Below, piece by piece: positions 36,101 through 45,677 of a stretch of DNA of 64,000 nucleotides (position 1 is the stretch's first letter; every line of letters begins with the position of its first letter). Under the pieces are notes generated by a model. It searched no databases, was not told where the DNA came from, and worked only from the letters and a program-made list of their open reading frames with translations. Source of the stretch: Vicinamibacterales bacterium (GTDB taxonomy: Bacteria > Acidobacteriota > Vicinamibacteria > Vicinamibacterales > 2-12-FULL-66-21). The DNA is taken from the NCBI GenBank assembly GCA_035250005.1, contig DATFFM010000184.1, positions 14,687-78,686 of the forward strand, given 5' to 3'. The position numbers and the translations under genes are program-made.

Positions 36101-36232
36101 TCCCTAATCCCTAATCCCTAATCCCTAATCCCTCATCTTCAGTCCGATCCCGAATCCCGAGTCCCGAATCGCAAGCCGATTGGGAACCCGGGATTAGGGA
36201 TTAAGGATTAGGGATTAAGGATTAGGGATTCG
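36095..36232. repeat. heptamer-repeat hairpin: (CCCTAAT)x5-CCCTCAT ... (GATTAGG/GATTAAG)x5
   Basis: Read directly from the sequence. There is an inner second hairpin (TCCCGAATCG-CAAGC-CGATTGGGA). It sits between a forward gene stop and the 3' end of the reverse-strand tRNA-Ser. Confidence 0.9.
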
Positions 36233-36246
36233 ACGCTGTGTGAGGA

Positions 36247-36337
36247 TGGCGGAGAGGGAGGGATTCGAACCCCCGTGCCGGTTACCCGACAAGACGCTTT
36301 CGAGGCGCCCCCGTTACGACCACTTCGGTACCTCTCC
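36247..36337 (-). tRNA. tRNA-Ser (anticodon CGA), encoded CCA
   Basis: The reverse complement folds as a cloverleaf. Acceptor GGAGAGG/CCTCTCC, anticodon stem GGCGC/GCGTC with loop CTCGAAA, long variable arm, T-loop TTCGAAT, 3' GCCA. Confidence 0.9.
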
Positions 36338-36429
36338 GTTTATTACTACGCTCGGTGGGGCCGTTGCCGATTCCCCACCTCCAGGCTTCGCTCCGATGAT
36401 CCACCAGCTTCGGCCGCTCGCTGTAGCTC

Positions 36430-36876
36430 CTAGCTCCTGTCTTCCGTCTGCCGTCTCGAGCGGAAGAACTCTTGTATCGCCTCGCGGCATTCCGCTTCGA
36501 GCACGCCGCCCGTGGCTTCCATCCGGTGGTTCAGCGACGGATGCTCGTGGGCCCGCATGGCCGATTCGATGGCCCCGGCCTTCGGTTCGGTCGTGCCGTA
36601 GACGACCCGTGCGATTCTCGCGTGGATCATCGCCCCGACGCACATCTGGCACGGCTCGATGGTGACGTAGAGGGTCGCGCCGGTCAGACGGTAGTTCCCG
36701 ATCCGCTGTGCCGCCTTGCGCAAGGCCACGATCTCCGCGTGCGCGGTCGGATCGTTCGAGCCGATCGGCCGGTTGAACCCTTCGCCGATCACGACGCCGT
36801 CGAGCACCACCACCGCGCCGACCGGCACCTCATCCAGGCGCCGCGCCTCCTTGCCGAGTTCCAGCGCGGCACGCAT
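36430..36876 (-). CDS. tadA: tRNA adenosine(34) deaminase
   Basis: CDA zinc motifs HAEIVAL and TIEPCQMCVGA. VPVGAVVV...GEGFN N-terminal block. ATG at 36876 inside ORF 36430-37020. Confidence 0.9.
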   Translation of the reverse strand: MRAALELGKEARRLDEVPVGAVVVLDGVVIGEGFNRPIGSNDPTAHAEIVALRKAAQRIGNYRLTGATLYVTIEPCQMCVGAMIHARIARVVYGTTEPKAGAIESAMRAHEHPSLNHRMEATGGVLEAECREAIQEFFRSRRQTEDRS

Positions 36877-37000
36877 GAGGTCTTCGTCGGCTCGTCCGCC
36901 TGAGGACAAGAAGTAATCGTAACACGCTGGAAAACCAGCGCCAACCGGCCCAACGCTCGAGGTAAGCCGCCCTGGCCCGACGTGTGCACTCGCGCGGATC

Positions 37001-37495
37001 GTGAAAAAGGGAACGTCCAACCTCGACCTCGATGAGAACCGCGACTTCCAGCAAAAGGAGTGGCACTTTCAGCGGGCGGGCTGGTGTGTGCTCATGGCGT
37101 TCGTCGTTGCGGCGGCCCTCGGCCTCTTCGGAAGCGGGCCTCTCAGCCACGCGCGGACGGCCGAACCCGGCGCGCCGCTCTGGGTCGAGTACGACCGGTT
37201 CGTCCGGCTCGGCAAGACCTCCCGGCTCGTGATCCACGTGACCGCGCCGGCCGGACGCCTTCAGCTCCGAATGAACCGGACGTTCTTCGAGGTCAACCGG
37301 ATCCAGCACGTCACGCCGGAGCCGTCGGCCATGGAGATCGGCGCGGCCGACGTCGACCTCCGGTTCGACACGCAGGCCGGCGGCCCGTTCACCGTCATCC
37401 TGGACGTCGAGCCGCTCAGGGGTGGCCGCTTGCCGGCCTCGATCACCACGAGCGGCGGGGCGACCGCGACGTTCCGGCAGTTTGCCTACTTCTAG
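37001..37495 (+). CDS. hypothetical membrane protein
   Basis: One TM helix (WCVLMAFVVAAALGLFG). GTG start. Immediately precedes the DUF421 gene. Confidence 0.5.
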   Translation: MKKGTSNLDLDENRDFQQKEWHFQRAGWCVLMAFVVAAALGLFGSGPLSHARTAEPGAPLWVEYDRFVRLGKTSRLVIHVTAPAGRLQLRMNRTFFEVNRIQHVTPEPSAMEIGAADVDLRFDTQAGGPFTVILDVEPLRGGRLPASITTSGGATATFRQFAYF

Positions 37496-37504
37496 AGGTC
37501 AGCC

Positions 37505-37951
37505 ATGGACTCAGTTCTTCGCGCGGTCGCCATCTATGGTTTCCTCCTCCTCCTTTTCCGGATCACGGGTAAACGGTCCCTCGCGCAGATCACGGCCTTC
37601 GACTTCGTGCTGCTGCTGATCATCGGCGAGGCGACGCAGCAGGCACTGCTCGGCAACGACTTCTCGATCATCAACGCCTGCATCGTGATCGCCACGCTGA
37701 TGTTCCTGGAGCTGGTGCTCTCGCTGGTCAAGGAATGGTGGCCGAAGCTCGATCCGATCCTCGACAGCGTGCCGCTGATCATCGTGGATCACGGCAAACT
37801 GCTCCAGGACCGCATCGCCCACGAGCGCATCGACCTGAGCGACGTGCTCGCCGCCGCGCGCGAGCATCACGGGCTCGAGCGCCTCGAGCAGATCAAGTAC
37901 GCCGTCCTCGAGAGAAGCGGCGGCATCTCCATCGTCCCCGCGGAGAAGTAG
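37505..37951 (+). CDS. DUF421 (YetF-like) membrane protein
   Basis: The N-terminus AIYGFLLLLFRITGKRSLAQITAFDFVLLLIIGE is characteristic of DUF421. Confidence 0.75.
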   Translation: MDSVLRAVAIYGFLLLLFRITGKRSLAQITAFDFVLLLIIGEATQQALLGNDFSIINACIVIATLMFLELVLSLVKEWWPKLDPILDSVPLIIVDHGKLLQDRIAHERIDLSDVLAAAREHHGLERLEQIKYAVLERSGGISIVPAEK

Positions 37952-38079
37952 TGCGACCGCATGGGCCGGCCGAAGACGGAGCTCGAGGCGAGCCTCACCA
38001 GAGGCGTCGTGGAGGTTCTTCTATAAAACACGCGGCGTTCGAGTGCGAGGCGGGTAACCAGGTGGGCGGACGGCGAGGA

Positions 38080-39144
38080 TCACCGAGGGGGAGGCACCAG
38101 CACTTCAGGCGCGTTTCCGCTGCGCGCGGCATACGCGGTACTGACCTCATCCGCGATGTCTTGTCCGGTCCCGGCGATGGCGGCGATCACGACGGCTCCC
38201 CCGAACCCCCCTCCCGTCATTCGCGCGCCGAAGACGTGCCGGTGCGACTCCGCAAGCCTCACCAAAAGATCGACGGCAGCAACCGACACCTCGTAGTCGT
38301 CGCGCAGCGACGCATGCGACGCGCTGAACAACTGTCCGAGCTGTGGCAGATTCCCGTGGAGCAGCGCCTGCCGCGCGTCGAGGACTCGGCTGTTCTCGGT
38401 CACCACGTGCCTGGCGCGGCGCGCCAGCAACGCGGGGAGCATCTCGATCCTCGGCAGCGCCTCCAGCGGGATGTCGCGCAGCCGCTGCACACCGAGCTGC
38501 CGGGCGGCCGCCTCGGATTCACGCCGCCGCGCCACGTAATCTCCGCCCGCATGCTGGTGCGCGATGCCGGAGCTGATCACCACCAGCTCGAGCCCGGCCG
38601 GCAGCGGAATCCGTTCGAACTGCAGCGATCGCGTATCGAGAAACAGCGCCTCGCGTTCTTGCCCGAGACTCGAGGCCATCTGGTCCATGATCCCCACCGG
38701 GGCACCGACGAATTCCACCTCCGCCTGCTGCGCGGTCCGGGCCAGCATCACGTCCGGCAGCGGCAGGTCGAAGGCGGCGCGCAGCGCCCGCAGCGTGGCG
38801 ACCTCGAGCGCGGCGCTGGACGAGAGGCCGCTGCCGACCGGCACCGACGAATCGAGGCGCAGGTCGAATCCCCCGATGTCGAAGCCGTTCCGTGCGAGCA
38901 CCCACGTGAGCCCCCGCACGTAATCACCCCAGTCCTGCTCCGGGCGTTCCTGACCGAGCTCGAACTCGATCGGATGGGGACCGGCCTGGCGGCTCCAGGC
39001 GCGGACGCGCCTGTCGTCGCGCGTGGCCAGCAGCGCCTCGGTACGCTGCGGCACCGCGCAGGGCATCACGTAGCCGTCGTGATAGTCGGTATGCTCGCCA
39101 ATGAGATTGACGCGCCCGGGCGCCTCCGCGCGGACCTCACGCAT
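38080..39144 (-). CDS. galK: galactokinase
   Basis: GRVNLIGEHTDY galactokinase signature and the GHMP ATP motif PVGSGLSSSAALEVA. Confidence 0.9.
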   Translation of the reverse strand: MREVRAEAPGRVNLIGEHTDYHDGYVMPCAVPQRTEALLATRDDRRVRAWSRQAGPHPIEFELGQERPEQDWGDYVRGLTWVLARNGFDIGGFDLRLDSSVPVGSGLSSSAALEVATLRALRAAFDLPLPDVMLARTAQQAEVEFVGAPVGIMDQMASSLGQEREALFLDTRSLQFERIPLPAGLELVVISSGIAHQHAGGDYVARRRESEAAARQLGVQRLRDIPLEALPRIEMLPALLARRARHVVTENSRVLDARQALLHGNLPQLGQLFSASHASLRDDYEVSVAAVDLLVRLAESHRHVFGARMTGGGFGGAVVIAAIAGTGQDIADEVSTAYAARSGNAPEVLVPPPR

Positions 39145-39229
39145 CGATGTCCACGCTGAGCTGCGGAAGACGCACGGTCATTCAGTTCGCGTTCAGGCGG
39201 CGTGGGCTCCGGGGGGACGCGGATGGGAT

Positions 39230-39436
39230 CTAGTCGGCCGGTTTGACGTTCTCCGCACGGGGCCCTTTCGGCCCGCGCCCGACGTCGAAGCTCACGCGCT
39301 GACCTTCGCGCAACTGGTCGAACGGCGTACCAGTGCAGCTGGACGAGTGAAAGAAGTATTCCTCATCGCCGCCGGCGGCAATGAACCCGAACCCCTTGTC
39401 CCCCACCAGTCTCTTGATCGTGCCTTCAGTCGCCAT
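39230..39436 (-). CDS. cold-shock domain protein
   Basis: GTIKRLVGDKGFGFI (RNP1-like KGFGFI) and FFH (RNP2-like). 68 aa from the ATG at 39436. Confidence 0.9.
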   Translation of the reverse strand: MATEGTIKRLVGDKGFGFIAAGGDEEYFFHSSSCTGTPFDQLREGQRVSFDVGRGPKGPRAENVKPAD

Positions 39437-39537
39437 CGTCGTATCTCCCGCCGAACTCATGAACAGACGCTTCGGATCAACCTGCAGAACGTGCAAAGTG
39501 TAGTCCACGCCGACCGAACTCAGAGCCCATCCATTCG

Positions 39538-39801
39538 TCAGCCCGGCCGCCAGCCTCCGGCGTTCAGCCGCTGTTCCAGTTCCTCCAGCGTTCGAATGGC
39601 GTCGTCCACGCTCGAGAAGTCGTCCTCCTCGATCGAGACCGGCGGCTCTCCGTCCCTCTCGGTGGTTCTCCACAGCTCCACGCCCTGAGGGACTACGCGG
39701 AGCTTGTAGATGCGAAGCTCGTCCCCCTTCCGGTATCGGAACAGCTCCTTGAACCCGGCCGCGGAGGCCGAGGGGTTTGACTTCGCGTCGTTATCGGCCA
39801 A
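39538..39801 (-). CDS. hypothetical small acidic protein
   Basis: 87-aa ORF with coding-type codon bias, upstream of the cold-shock gene on the same strand. Confidence 0.4.
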   Translation of the reverse strand: MADNDAKSNPSASAAGFKELFRYRKGDELRIYKLRVVPQGVELWRTTERDGEPPVSIEEDDFSSVDDAIRTLEELEQRLNAGGWRPG

Positions 39802-40190
39802 TTGACCTGCTACCTCTCAGGCTATTCTCTGATGGGTCGAGGCGTGGTGGCGTCTCGAATTTGGGCCCTTCCGTGTGTTCCGTGCATTAGTTGCGAGCGT
39901 GCCCGCCCAAGCAACCAGCCTCGCGGTGGCCGGCGTCGGCATGGACGAACCGTTCGGCCGAGCCATCGCCGCAGGGTAGCGGACAGGCTTCGGCGGAGGC
40001 CTGTCAGTTCCTCGGCGCCTCTCGCCGAAGCCTTGGCGGAGGCGGAGGCGTCGCAGAGCTGACGTGCCTTTGGCGTCTTCCGACCCGCGTACCAGACGCG
40101 CGGCCCGACAGCAGCGTCATTTGCCGCGGCGGCGCGTTCGATCTACCCCCATGCGAGAACCGGAAGCGCCCGAATTCGGAAGGATGCCTG

Positions 40191-40325
40191 TTGAATCGTA
40201 AGAAGACACTGACGATACTCGCCCTGCTTGCACTCGCGGCGCTGTACTTTCTGCCGAAGATGATACAGGGCGGTCTGGAGGGCTACAGAAGAGGCGCCGA
40301 GATACGGCGGCAGCAGGGGCGTTAG
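40191..40325 (+). CDS. possible 44-aa single-TM small protein (TTG start)
   Basis: GGAAGGA lies 7 nt upstream of the TTG. The sequence LNRKKTLTILALLALAALYFLPKM has a positive-inside N-terminus followed by one hydrophobic helix. Weak evidence only. Confidence 0.25.
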   Translation: MNRKKTLTILALLALAALYFLPKMIQGGLEGYRRGAEIRRQQGR

Positions 40326-40337
40326 TTCATCCGATTG

Positions 40338-42737
40338 TCATTCCATGCGAAGCGCTACCAGCGGATCGACCAGCGTCGCGCGCCGCGCCGGAAGGTACGC
40401 CGCCAGCAACGTGGCGGCTGCGAGCACCAGGATGGACACTACGAGCGTCACCGGGTCGACGGGAAACACGCCGACGAACATCCCCGACAGCGCGTAGGTC
40501 ACCGCAAGGGTGGGGACGATGCCCCAGGCGACACCGCGGCCGGCCAAGCTGAGCCCGTCACGAACGAACAGCTGCAGAACGTCCGCGCGCGCGGCGCCGA
40601 GCGCCATCCGCACGCCGATCTCTCGCGTTCGAAGAGTCACGCCGTAGGCCGTCAGTCCATAGAGCCCTAACCCGGCCAGCCCAAGCGCCAGGAGCCCGCA
40701 GATCGTCAACAGTTTCGACAGCGCGCGTTCGCCGTCCAGCCGTTCGGCCACATAGGCGCGCAGCGGGCGGGACGAGTAGAGCGGCAGGCCGCGATCGATC
40801 CCCCGGACGATCCCCTCGATCTCCTGAATCACCTGCGACGCTGGACGCGAAGACGCCGCCAGGATCACGACTTCGCCGGGTTCGCCCGAATGCGGCAGCC
40901 AGGCCGCGGACCACGGACGCTCGGTGAATTCGTCGATCTGCACGTCCCTCGCGATGCCGACGACCGTACGGAAGGGGCCCTGAGGGCCCTCGATGGAAAA
41001 CCGTTGACCGATCGCGTCTCCCCCGGGCCACATGCGGCGCGCCATCGTCTCGCTGATGATGACGGCGTCGGCCCCCGGACGGAGATCGGCGGCCGTGAAG
41101 TCCCGCCCCCGGACGATCGGGATCCGCAATGTCGTGAAGAACTCGGTCCACACGGAGTTGACCGACACCCGCTCGCGGTACTCGTCGGGCTCGGCCGGGC
41201 GATCCGGCAGCGAGGCGCGAAACACGAAGACGCGGCCGCCGAACGGGACGAGCTGGGCCAGCGTCGCGGCCTCGACTCCGGGCAGGGCCCTGACGCCGTC
41301 GATCGCGCGATCGTAGAACGCGGCGGCACGGCCGGCGTCGTAATTCTGCAGCCGCAGATCGGTCGAGACCGCCACACGGCCTTGGTACTCGAAGCCGACC
41401 GGCACCCCCCAGGCAGCCGAGAGGCCGCGGATGAGTATGCCCGCCGACGCCAGCATCACGAGCGACATGGCCAGTTGACCGACGACGAGCACGCGCTGGA
41501 GTCGCGAGCTCGAGGCGTCGGCGCCGGGTTCGGAACGAAGCGCCGGCAGGAGAGGCAGACGGGCGGCCCGAAGGGCTGGCGTGAGCCCGAACGCCAGCCC
41601 CGCAAGCAGCGAGACGAGCACGGTGAACACCCCGACGCGCCAGTCCGGGATCGGATCGACGGTTGCCGGAATCTCTGCGAAACGAACGATCGCATCGACG
41701 CCCCACATCGCTGCGAGCAATCCGCACAGGCCGGCTGCGAGCGCGAGGACGAGGCTTTCCGAGAGGAGCTGGCGCGTGAGCGCGCCGCGCGTCGCGCCGA
41801 GGGCGAGGCGGATGCCGATCTCGCGCTGCCGGGACGCGGCACGCGACAGCAGCAGGGCGGCGACATTGGCGCAGGCGATCAGCAGCACGCAGAGCGTGAC
41901 GCCGAGCACCAGCACGGCCATCGGCGCGGCCTGGCCTCTGGTCTGTTCGTCGGTGCCGGAGTGCTTCCTGACTTGGAGTTGAAATCCCTCGTGCGTGACG
42001 GGAGCAGACTTCGCGATCTGTTGTGCGACATCCGACAACACCCTGCGTGCGTCGTCCCCGTCTGCACCGGTCGGCAGCCTGCCGATGACCGCCAACCACC
42101 AGTGATCCCGGGTGAGCGCGTTGCGCACGGCCGGGAGCGCGACCGCGTGCATGCCGAGCGGGATCCAGAGATCGGAAGGTTCCAGGTGGTTCGCGCCGTT
42201 GAACCCCTCCGGGGCGACGCCGATGATGGTGAAGGGGCGGCCGTTGATCTTCACCGATCCGCCGACTGCGGCGTCGGCTCTGCCGAACACCCGTTGCCAC
42301 AAGTCGTACGAGATCACGGCAACCGGTTCGCGCTCGTCCCGCGCCGCGAACGTGCGTCCCTGTACGGGCTGCACGCCGAGCACATCGAACATGTTGGTCG
42401 TCACGATCTGGCCGTTCGTACGAACGGCCGTCTCTGCGACGCTCAATCCAAGCAGCACCGGGGCGAACGCGAAGGCATCCGCCAGCGCGTCGCGGCGCGC
42501 GCGCACCTCCTCGAAATCGGGATAGGTGAGGTTGCCGCGGGGGCCGTCGGGCCGGGTCGACGACGAGAGAATGGCGACAAGGCTCCCTGGATCCTGGACC
42601 GGCAGCGGCCGGAAGAGAATGGCGTTGAAAATGGCGAACAACGCGACGTTCAGACCGATCCCGACGGCCAGCGTACCGATCGCGATCAGCGAGAAGAGCG
42701 GCTGTTTGAAGACGGAACGGATCGCATAACGCATCAT
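40338..42737 (-). CDS. duplicated MacB/FtsX-type ABC permease (acidobacterial duplicated orphan permease type)
   Basis: Typical N-terminus MRYAIRSVFKQPLFSLIAIGTLAVGIGLNVALF...FRPLPV. Two MacB_PCD + FtsX halves, each with the REIGIR(L/M)ALGA motif. Confidence 0.9.
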   Translation of the reverse strand: MMRYAIRSVFKQPLFSLIAIGTLAVGIGLNVALFAIFNAILFRPLPVQDPGSLVAILSSSTRPDGPRGNLTYPDFEEVRARRDALADAFAFAPVLLGLSVAETAVRTNGQIVTTNMFDVLGVQPVQGRTFAARDEREPVAVISYDLWQRVFGRADAAVGGSVKINGRPFTIIGVAPEGFNGANHLEPSDLWIPLGMHAVALPAVRNALTRDHWWLAVIGRLPTGADGDDARRVLSDVAQQIAKSAPVTHEGFQLQVRKHSGTDEQTRGQAAPMAVLVLGVTLCVLLIACANVAALLLSRAASRQREIGIRLALGATRGALTRQLLSESLVLALAAGLCGLLAAMWGVDAIVRFAEIPATVDPIPDWRVGVFTVLVSLLAGLAFGLTPALRAARLPLLPALRSEPGADASSSRLQRVLVVGQLAMSLVMLASAGILIRGLSAAWGVPVGFEYQGRVAVSTDLRLQNYDAGRAAAFYDRAIDGVRALPGVEAATLAQLVPFGGRVFVFRASLPDRPAEPDEYRERVSVNSVWTEFFTTLRIPIVRGRDFTAADLRPGADAVIISETMARRMWPGGDAIGQRFSIEGPQGPFRTVVGIARDVQIDEFTERPWSAAWLPHSGEPGEVVILAASSRPASQVIQEIEGIVRGIDRGLPLYSSRPLRAYVAERLDGERALSKLLTICGLLALGLAGLGLYGLTAYGVTLRTREIGVRMALGAARADVLQLFVRDGLSLAGRGVAWGIVPTLAVTYALSGMFVGVFPVDPVTLVVSILVLAAATLLAAYLPARRATLVDPLVALRME

Positions 42738-43046
42738 GGGCTCCCCGCCGCATCAAGCGAGGATCGCGCCAGACACCTCTGCTGCTGCAACTGTCTGGCG
42801 GATTGACAGTTACGACAGCGGATGAGAAAGCGTCGAGCAGCGGACTGTCCGGTATCGCCCAGCGCAATCCCGGGGACGCCCCGTGCAGATCGCCGGCATG
42901 ACCGGTCGCAGCGCGCCCGCCCGCACCGTGTCGCACGCACGCCCGTGTCGTTGACACCCGGTTGACGAGGGACTAAGCTCAGCCGTTCAATCCGCCACCG
43001 TCGTTCTGACGGAAGGAAACCCGCGTTTTCAAGAATTGAGGACTCC

Positions 43047-43391
43047 GTGCACAGAAGAACCATTGTTCTGTCTTGCGTACTTGCGTGTGCAGTTGCGGCG
43101 GGCGCCGCCGCCACGATCGTGTCGGCGGAGCCAGCCGGCATCACGGCATCGAGCATCGTTGACGCAGATGAACCGGTCTTTCTCCAGGCGTACTGCTTTG
43201 TGCCGAACCGGACGGAGCTGGCCCTCAAGCGCGAGGAATGCGATCTGCTAGCTGAAGACGGCGGGTTTCAGCATGGCGTTCTCCGTCCCCGCAACGCCAA
43301 CGACGAGGAAGTACTCGTAAAGTGTCCGTTCGTCGGCGAAGGTGAAAAACCGGCCGAGAAGTACATGTGCCTTGGGGTTGGACAGCCGTAA
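43047..43391 (+). CDS. hypothetical small secreted Cys-containing protein
   Basis: Signal peptide IVLSCVLACAVAAGAAA. GTG start. Candidate promoter TTGACA-17-TAAGCT at 42951-42979. Confidence 0.45.
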   Translation: MHRRTIVLSCVLACAVAAGAAATIVSAEPAGITASSIVDADEPVFLQAYCFVPNRTELALKREECDLLAEDGGFQHGVLRPRNANDEEVLVKCPFVGEGEKPAEKYMCLGVGQP

Positions 43392-43480
43392 CGTTTCGTA
43401 AGTAAACAACGACCGAGAGAGGCGACGGCAGCAAGACAGGGCACCCCGTCAGGCGAAGGGTGTCCTTTCTTGCTGAAGAT

Positions 43481-43557
43481 TGGCGCGCCCTGCATGACTC
43501 GAACATGCGACCTCCTGGTTCGTAGCCAGACGCTCTATCCAACTGAGCTAAGGGCGC
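43481..43557 (-). tRNA. tRNA-Arg (anticodon ACG), encoded CCA
   Basis: Reverse complement is GCGCCCTTAGCTCAGTTGGATAGAGCGTCTGGCTACGAACCAGGAGGTCGCATGTTCGAGTCATGCAGGGCGCGCCA. It forms a perfect cloverleaf with anticodon loop CTACGAA. Confidence 0.92.
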
Positions 43558-43611
43558 GTAGGGCCGGACGAGGCTGCTCGGAAGGCACCCCGGCCGTGGT
43601 GTGAAACAACG

Positions 43612-43640
43612 ATTATATGCCACCGGCTGGCTGGGTTCAA
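43612..43640 (-). promoter_or_regulatory. sigma-70-type promoter for tRNA-Arg (TTGAAC-17 bp-TATAAT)
   Basis: On the reverse strand the -35 TTGAAC is at 43640-43635 and the -10 TATAAT is at 43617-43612, with a 17-bp spacer. It lies about 50 nt upstream of the mature tRNA 5' end. Confidence 0.5.
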
Positions 43641-43773
43641 ACGTTCAAATACCGAACGACTCTGGCAGACGAACTACTGAGTGAGTGCGGACCCGCGCGG
43701 CTGGGGACGACGGCGGGAAGAGCGACGGGCACATCGCCCCACAGACCGGAGACCTCGACGAGCCGAGGCTGCC

Positions 43774-45615
43774 TCAGCGCAACCCGCCGCGCGTCGCTGA
43801 CGGGATCGTTGTCGCCGCGGCCCGATCAAGCCCGGCACCCACCTTCGCATACCCTGGCAGCTCGATCGGCAGCCGCCCGCCGATCGCGATCTCTCCAGCC
43901 AGCGCCTTCACCGCCGACGCTTCCGCGCGGTCGTAGAAGTCGTAGGTCAGCATCACCGCCGGCAGGTCCGGCATGTACATCGTCACGTAGGGATTGCCGA
44001 AGAAGACCGTCACGAACGGACGGCTGCCGCGGCTGAAGCCGTTCAGGAGCCGCTGCAGCGGCTCGGCGAGGTCCATGCGGCCGCTGGCGGAGCCCGCGCG
44101 CACGAAGATGGACGCGATGACCACGTCGTAGCGCGGCGCCATCGCGCGCACCAGCTCGAGCTCGGCGGGCGTCGTGCGGTCCGACAGCTCAATGGACGTC
44201 ACGTTCGGCCACCGCTTCCGCAGCTCGGGGATGAACGTGCGGCTCGGCGCCGCGATCCGCCAGCCCGACGGAAAGTCGAGCACCGAGAGATACAGCACCT
44301 GCGCGTCCCGCGGCGCCTTCAGCGGCACCTGGTTCCGCGTGTCCTTCAGCAGCGTGATCGACCGCTCGCTCACCTGGTCGGCCACCGCCTGGTTCTTCCG
44401 CGTCCCGACGACGGTGGAGATCTGGTCGAGATTGACCATCTTGTTGCGGTGCAGCCCGGCCCGCGCCTTGGCGCGCAGGATCCGCTGGACGGAGGCATTG
44501 ACCTGCGACTCCGGGATTTCTCCCGCCTTCACCGCATCGACGATCCCCTTGAACGCCGCCGCGTCGTCGGGCGAATGGAGGACCACGTCGTTGCCGGCCT
44601 TGACGGCGCGCACCGCCGCCTCGGACGGCGAGTAGATCGCCGCGACCCCGGCCATGCCCATGGAGTCGGTGTAGATCAGGCCGTCGAACCCGAGGTCCTT
44701 GCGCAGCAGCCCCTGCACGATCGGCGCGCTCAGCGTCGTCGGCGTCTTCGGCGTCGGATCGAGCTCCGGCAGCTCGATGTGCGCGGTCATGACCGCGTCG
44801 GCGCCGGCCGCGACGCCGGCACGGAACGGCACCAGCTCCATCTGCTCGAGCCGCGCCCGTGGATGCTTGATGATCGGCAGCCCCAGGTGGGAGTCCACGT
44901 CGGTGTCGCCGTGGCCGGGGAAGTGCTTCAGCGTGGCCGACACGCCGGCCGCCTGCATGCCGCGGATGTAGGCGGACGCCAGACGCCCCACCATCTGCGG
45001 ATCCTCGCCATAGGACCGCGTGTTGATGACCGGGTTGCGCGGATTGTTGTTCACGTCCACGACCGGCGCGAAGTTGACGTGCACGCCGAGCGCCCTGGCC
45101 TCTTCGCCCGTGACCCGCCCGGCCTCCTGAGCGAGCCGCTCGTCACGCGCCGCGCCGAACGCCATCAGCCGCGGGAACGCCGTGGCGCCGGCAATCCGGA
45201 ACCCGACGCCCGCTTCGAAATCGGCGGTGTTCAGCAGGGGCACCGGCGCGATCGCCTGCAGCCGGTTGACGATCGACGCCGCCTCCAGCGGCTGACCGAG
45301 CGTCACCGCGCCGTAGGTGGGATTGAGCAGGACGTTGGGGACGCGCTCGGAGCCGCCGAACAGATGAAACCCGCCGACCTTGTACTCGTGGACCGCTCTC
45401 ACCAGCTCGTCGAACTCCGCAGAGTCGGTGCTCAGGAAGGTCGTCGAAAAGGACGGCACGATCATCTGCCCGACCTTCTCCTCGACGCTCATCTTCTTCA
45501 GGGTGTCCTGCACCCACTTCTCGGCGCGGTTGTCGAGCGCCCGCGGCGGCTGAGCCGTCACCAGCCCGGTCACGATCGCCAATGCCCCGAGCGTCGGCAG
45601 CAGTCTGTAAAGCAT
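43774..45615 (-). CDS. glycoside hydrolase family 3 (beta-N-acetylhexosaminidase/beta-glucosidase-like), secreted
   Basis: Signal peptide. GH3 blocks: KHFPGHGDTDVDSH, SDSMGMAG-type nucleophile region (YTDSMGMAG), and a C-terminal alpha/beta sandwich domain. Confidence 0.9.
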   Translation of the reverse strand: MLYRLLPTLGALAIVTGLVTAQPPRALDNRAEKWVQDTLKKMSVEEKVGQMIVPSFSTTFLSTDSAEFDELVRAVHEYKVGGFHLFGGSERVPNVLLNPTYGAVTLGQPLEAASIVNRLQAIAPVPLLNTADFEAGVGFRIAGATAFPRLMAFGAARDERLAQEAGRVTGEEARALGVHVNFAPVVDVNNNPRNPVINTRSYGEDPQMVGRLASAYIRGMQAAGVSATLKHFPGHGDTDVDSHLGLPIIKHPRARLEQMELVPFRAGVAAGADAVMTAHIELPELDPTPKTPTTLSAPIVQGLLRKDLGFDGLIYTDSMGMAGVAAIYSPSEAAVRAVKAGNDVVLHSPDDAAAFKGIVDAVKAGEIPESQVNASVQRILRAKARAGLHRNKMVNLDQISTVVGTRKNQAVADQVSERSITLLKDTRNQVPLKAPRDAQVLYLSVLDFPSGWRIAAPSRTFIPELRKRWPNVTSIELSDRTTPAELELVRAMAPRYDVVIASIFVRAGSASGRMDLAEPLQRLLNGFSRGSRPFVTVFFGNPYVTMYMPDLPAVMLTYDFYDRAEASAVKALAGEIAIGGRLPIELPGYAKVGAGLDRAAATTIPSATRGGLR

Positions 45616-45677
45616 CCGGTCATCCTACCAGCATTGATCAGCGGGCGGGCCGCAGGCCCCACCCATATAATCAGCCT

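Noticed and set aside
36095-36232. Telomere of a linear replicon, because of CCCTAAT/TTAGGG-like repeats
   Set aside because: The array is internal, short and immediately mirrored by its inverted complement. It is flanked on both sides by ordinary chromosomal genes (a CDS stop and a tRNA).
37735-39159. 474-aa forward-strand ORF
   Set aside because: It is antisense to galK, which has clear GHMP kinase signatures. The composition is Arg-rich and low-complexity.
40558-42957. 799-aa reverse-strand ORF in another frame of the permease locus
   Set aside because: It is an alternative frame of the ADOP permease gene. The translation is Arg/Pro/Gly-rich without hydrophobic helices, whereas the 40338-42737 frame shows the full MacB/FtsX pattern.
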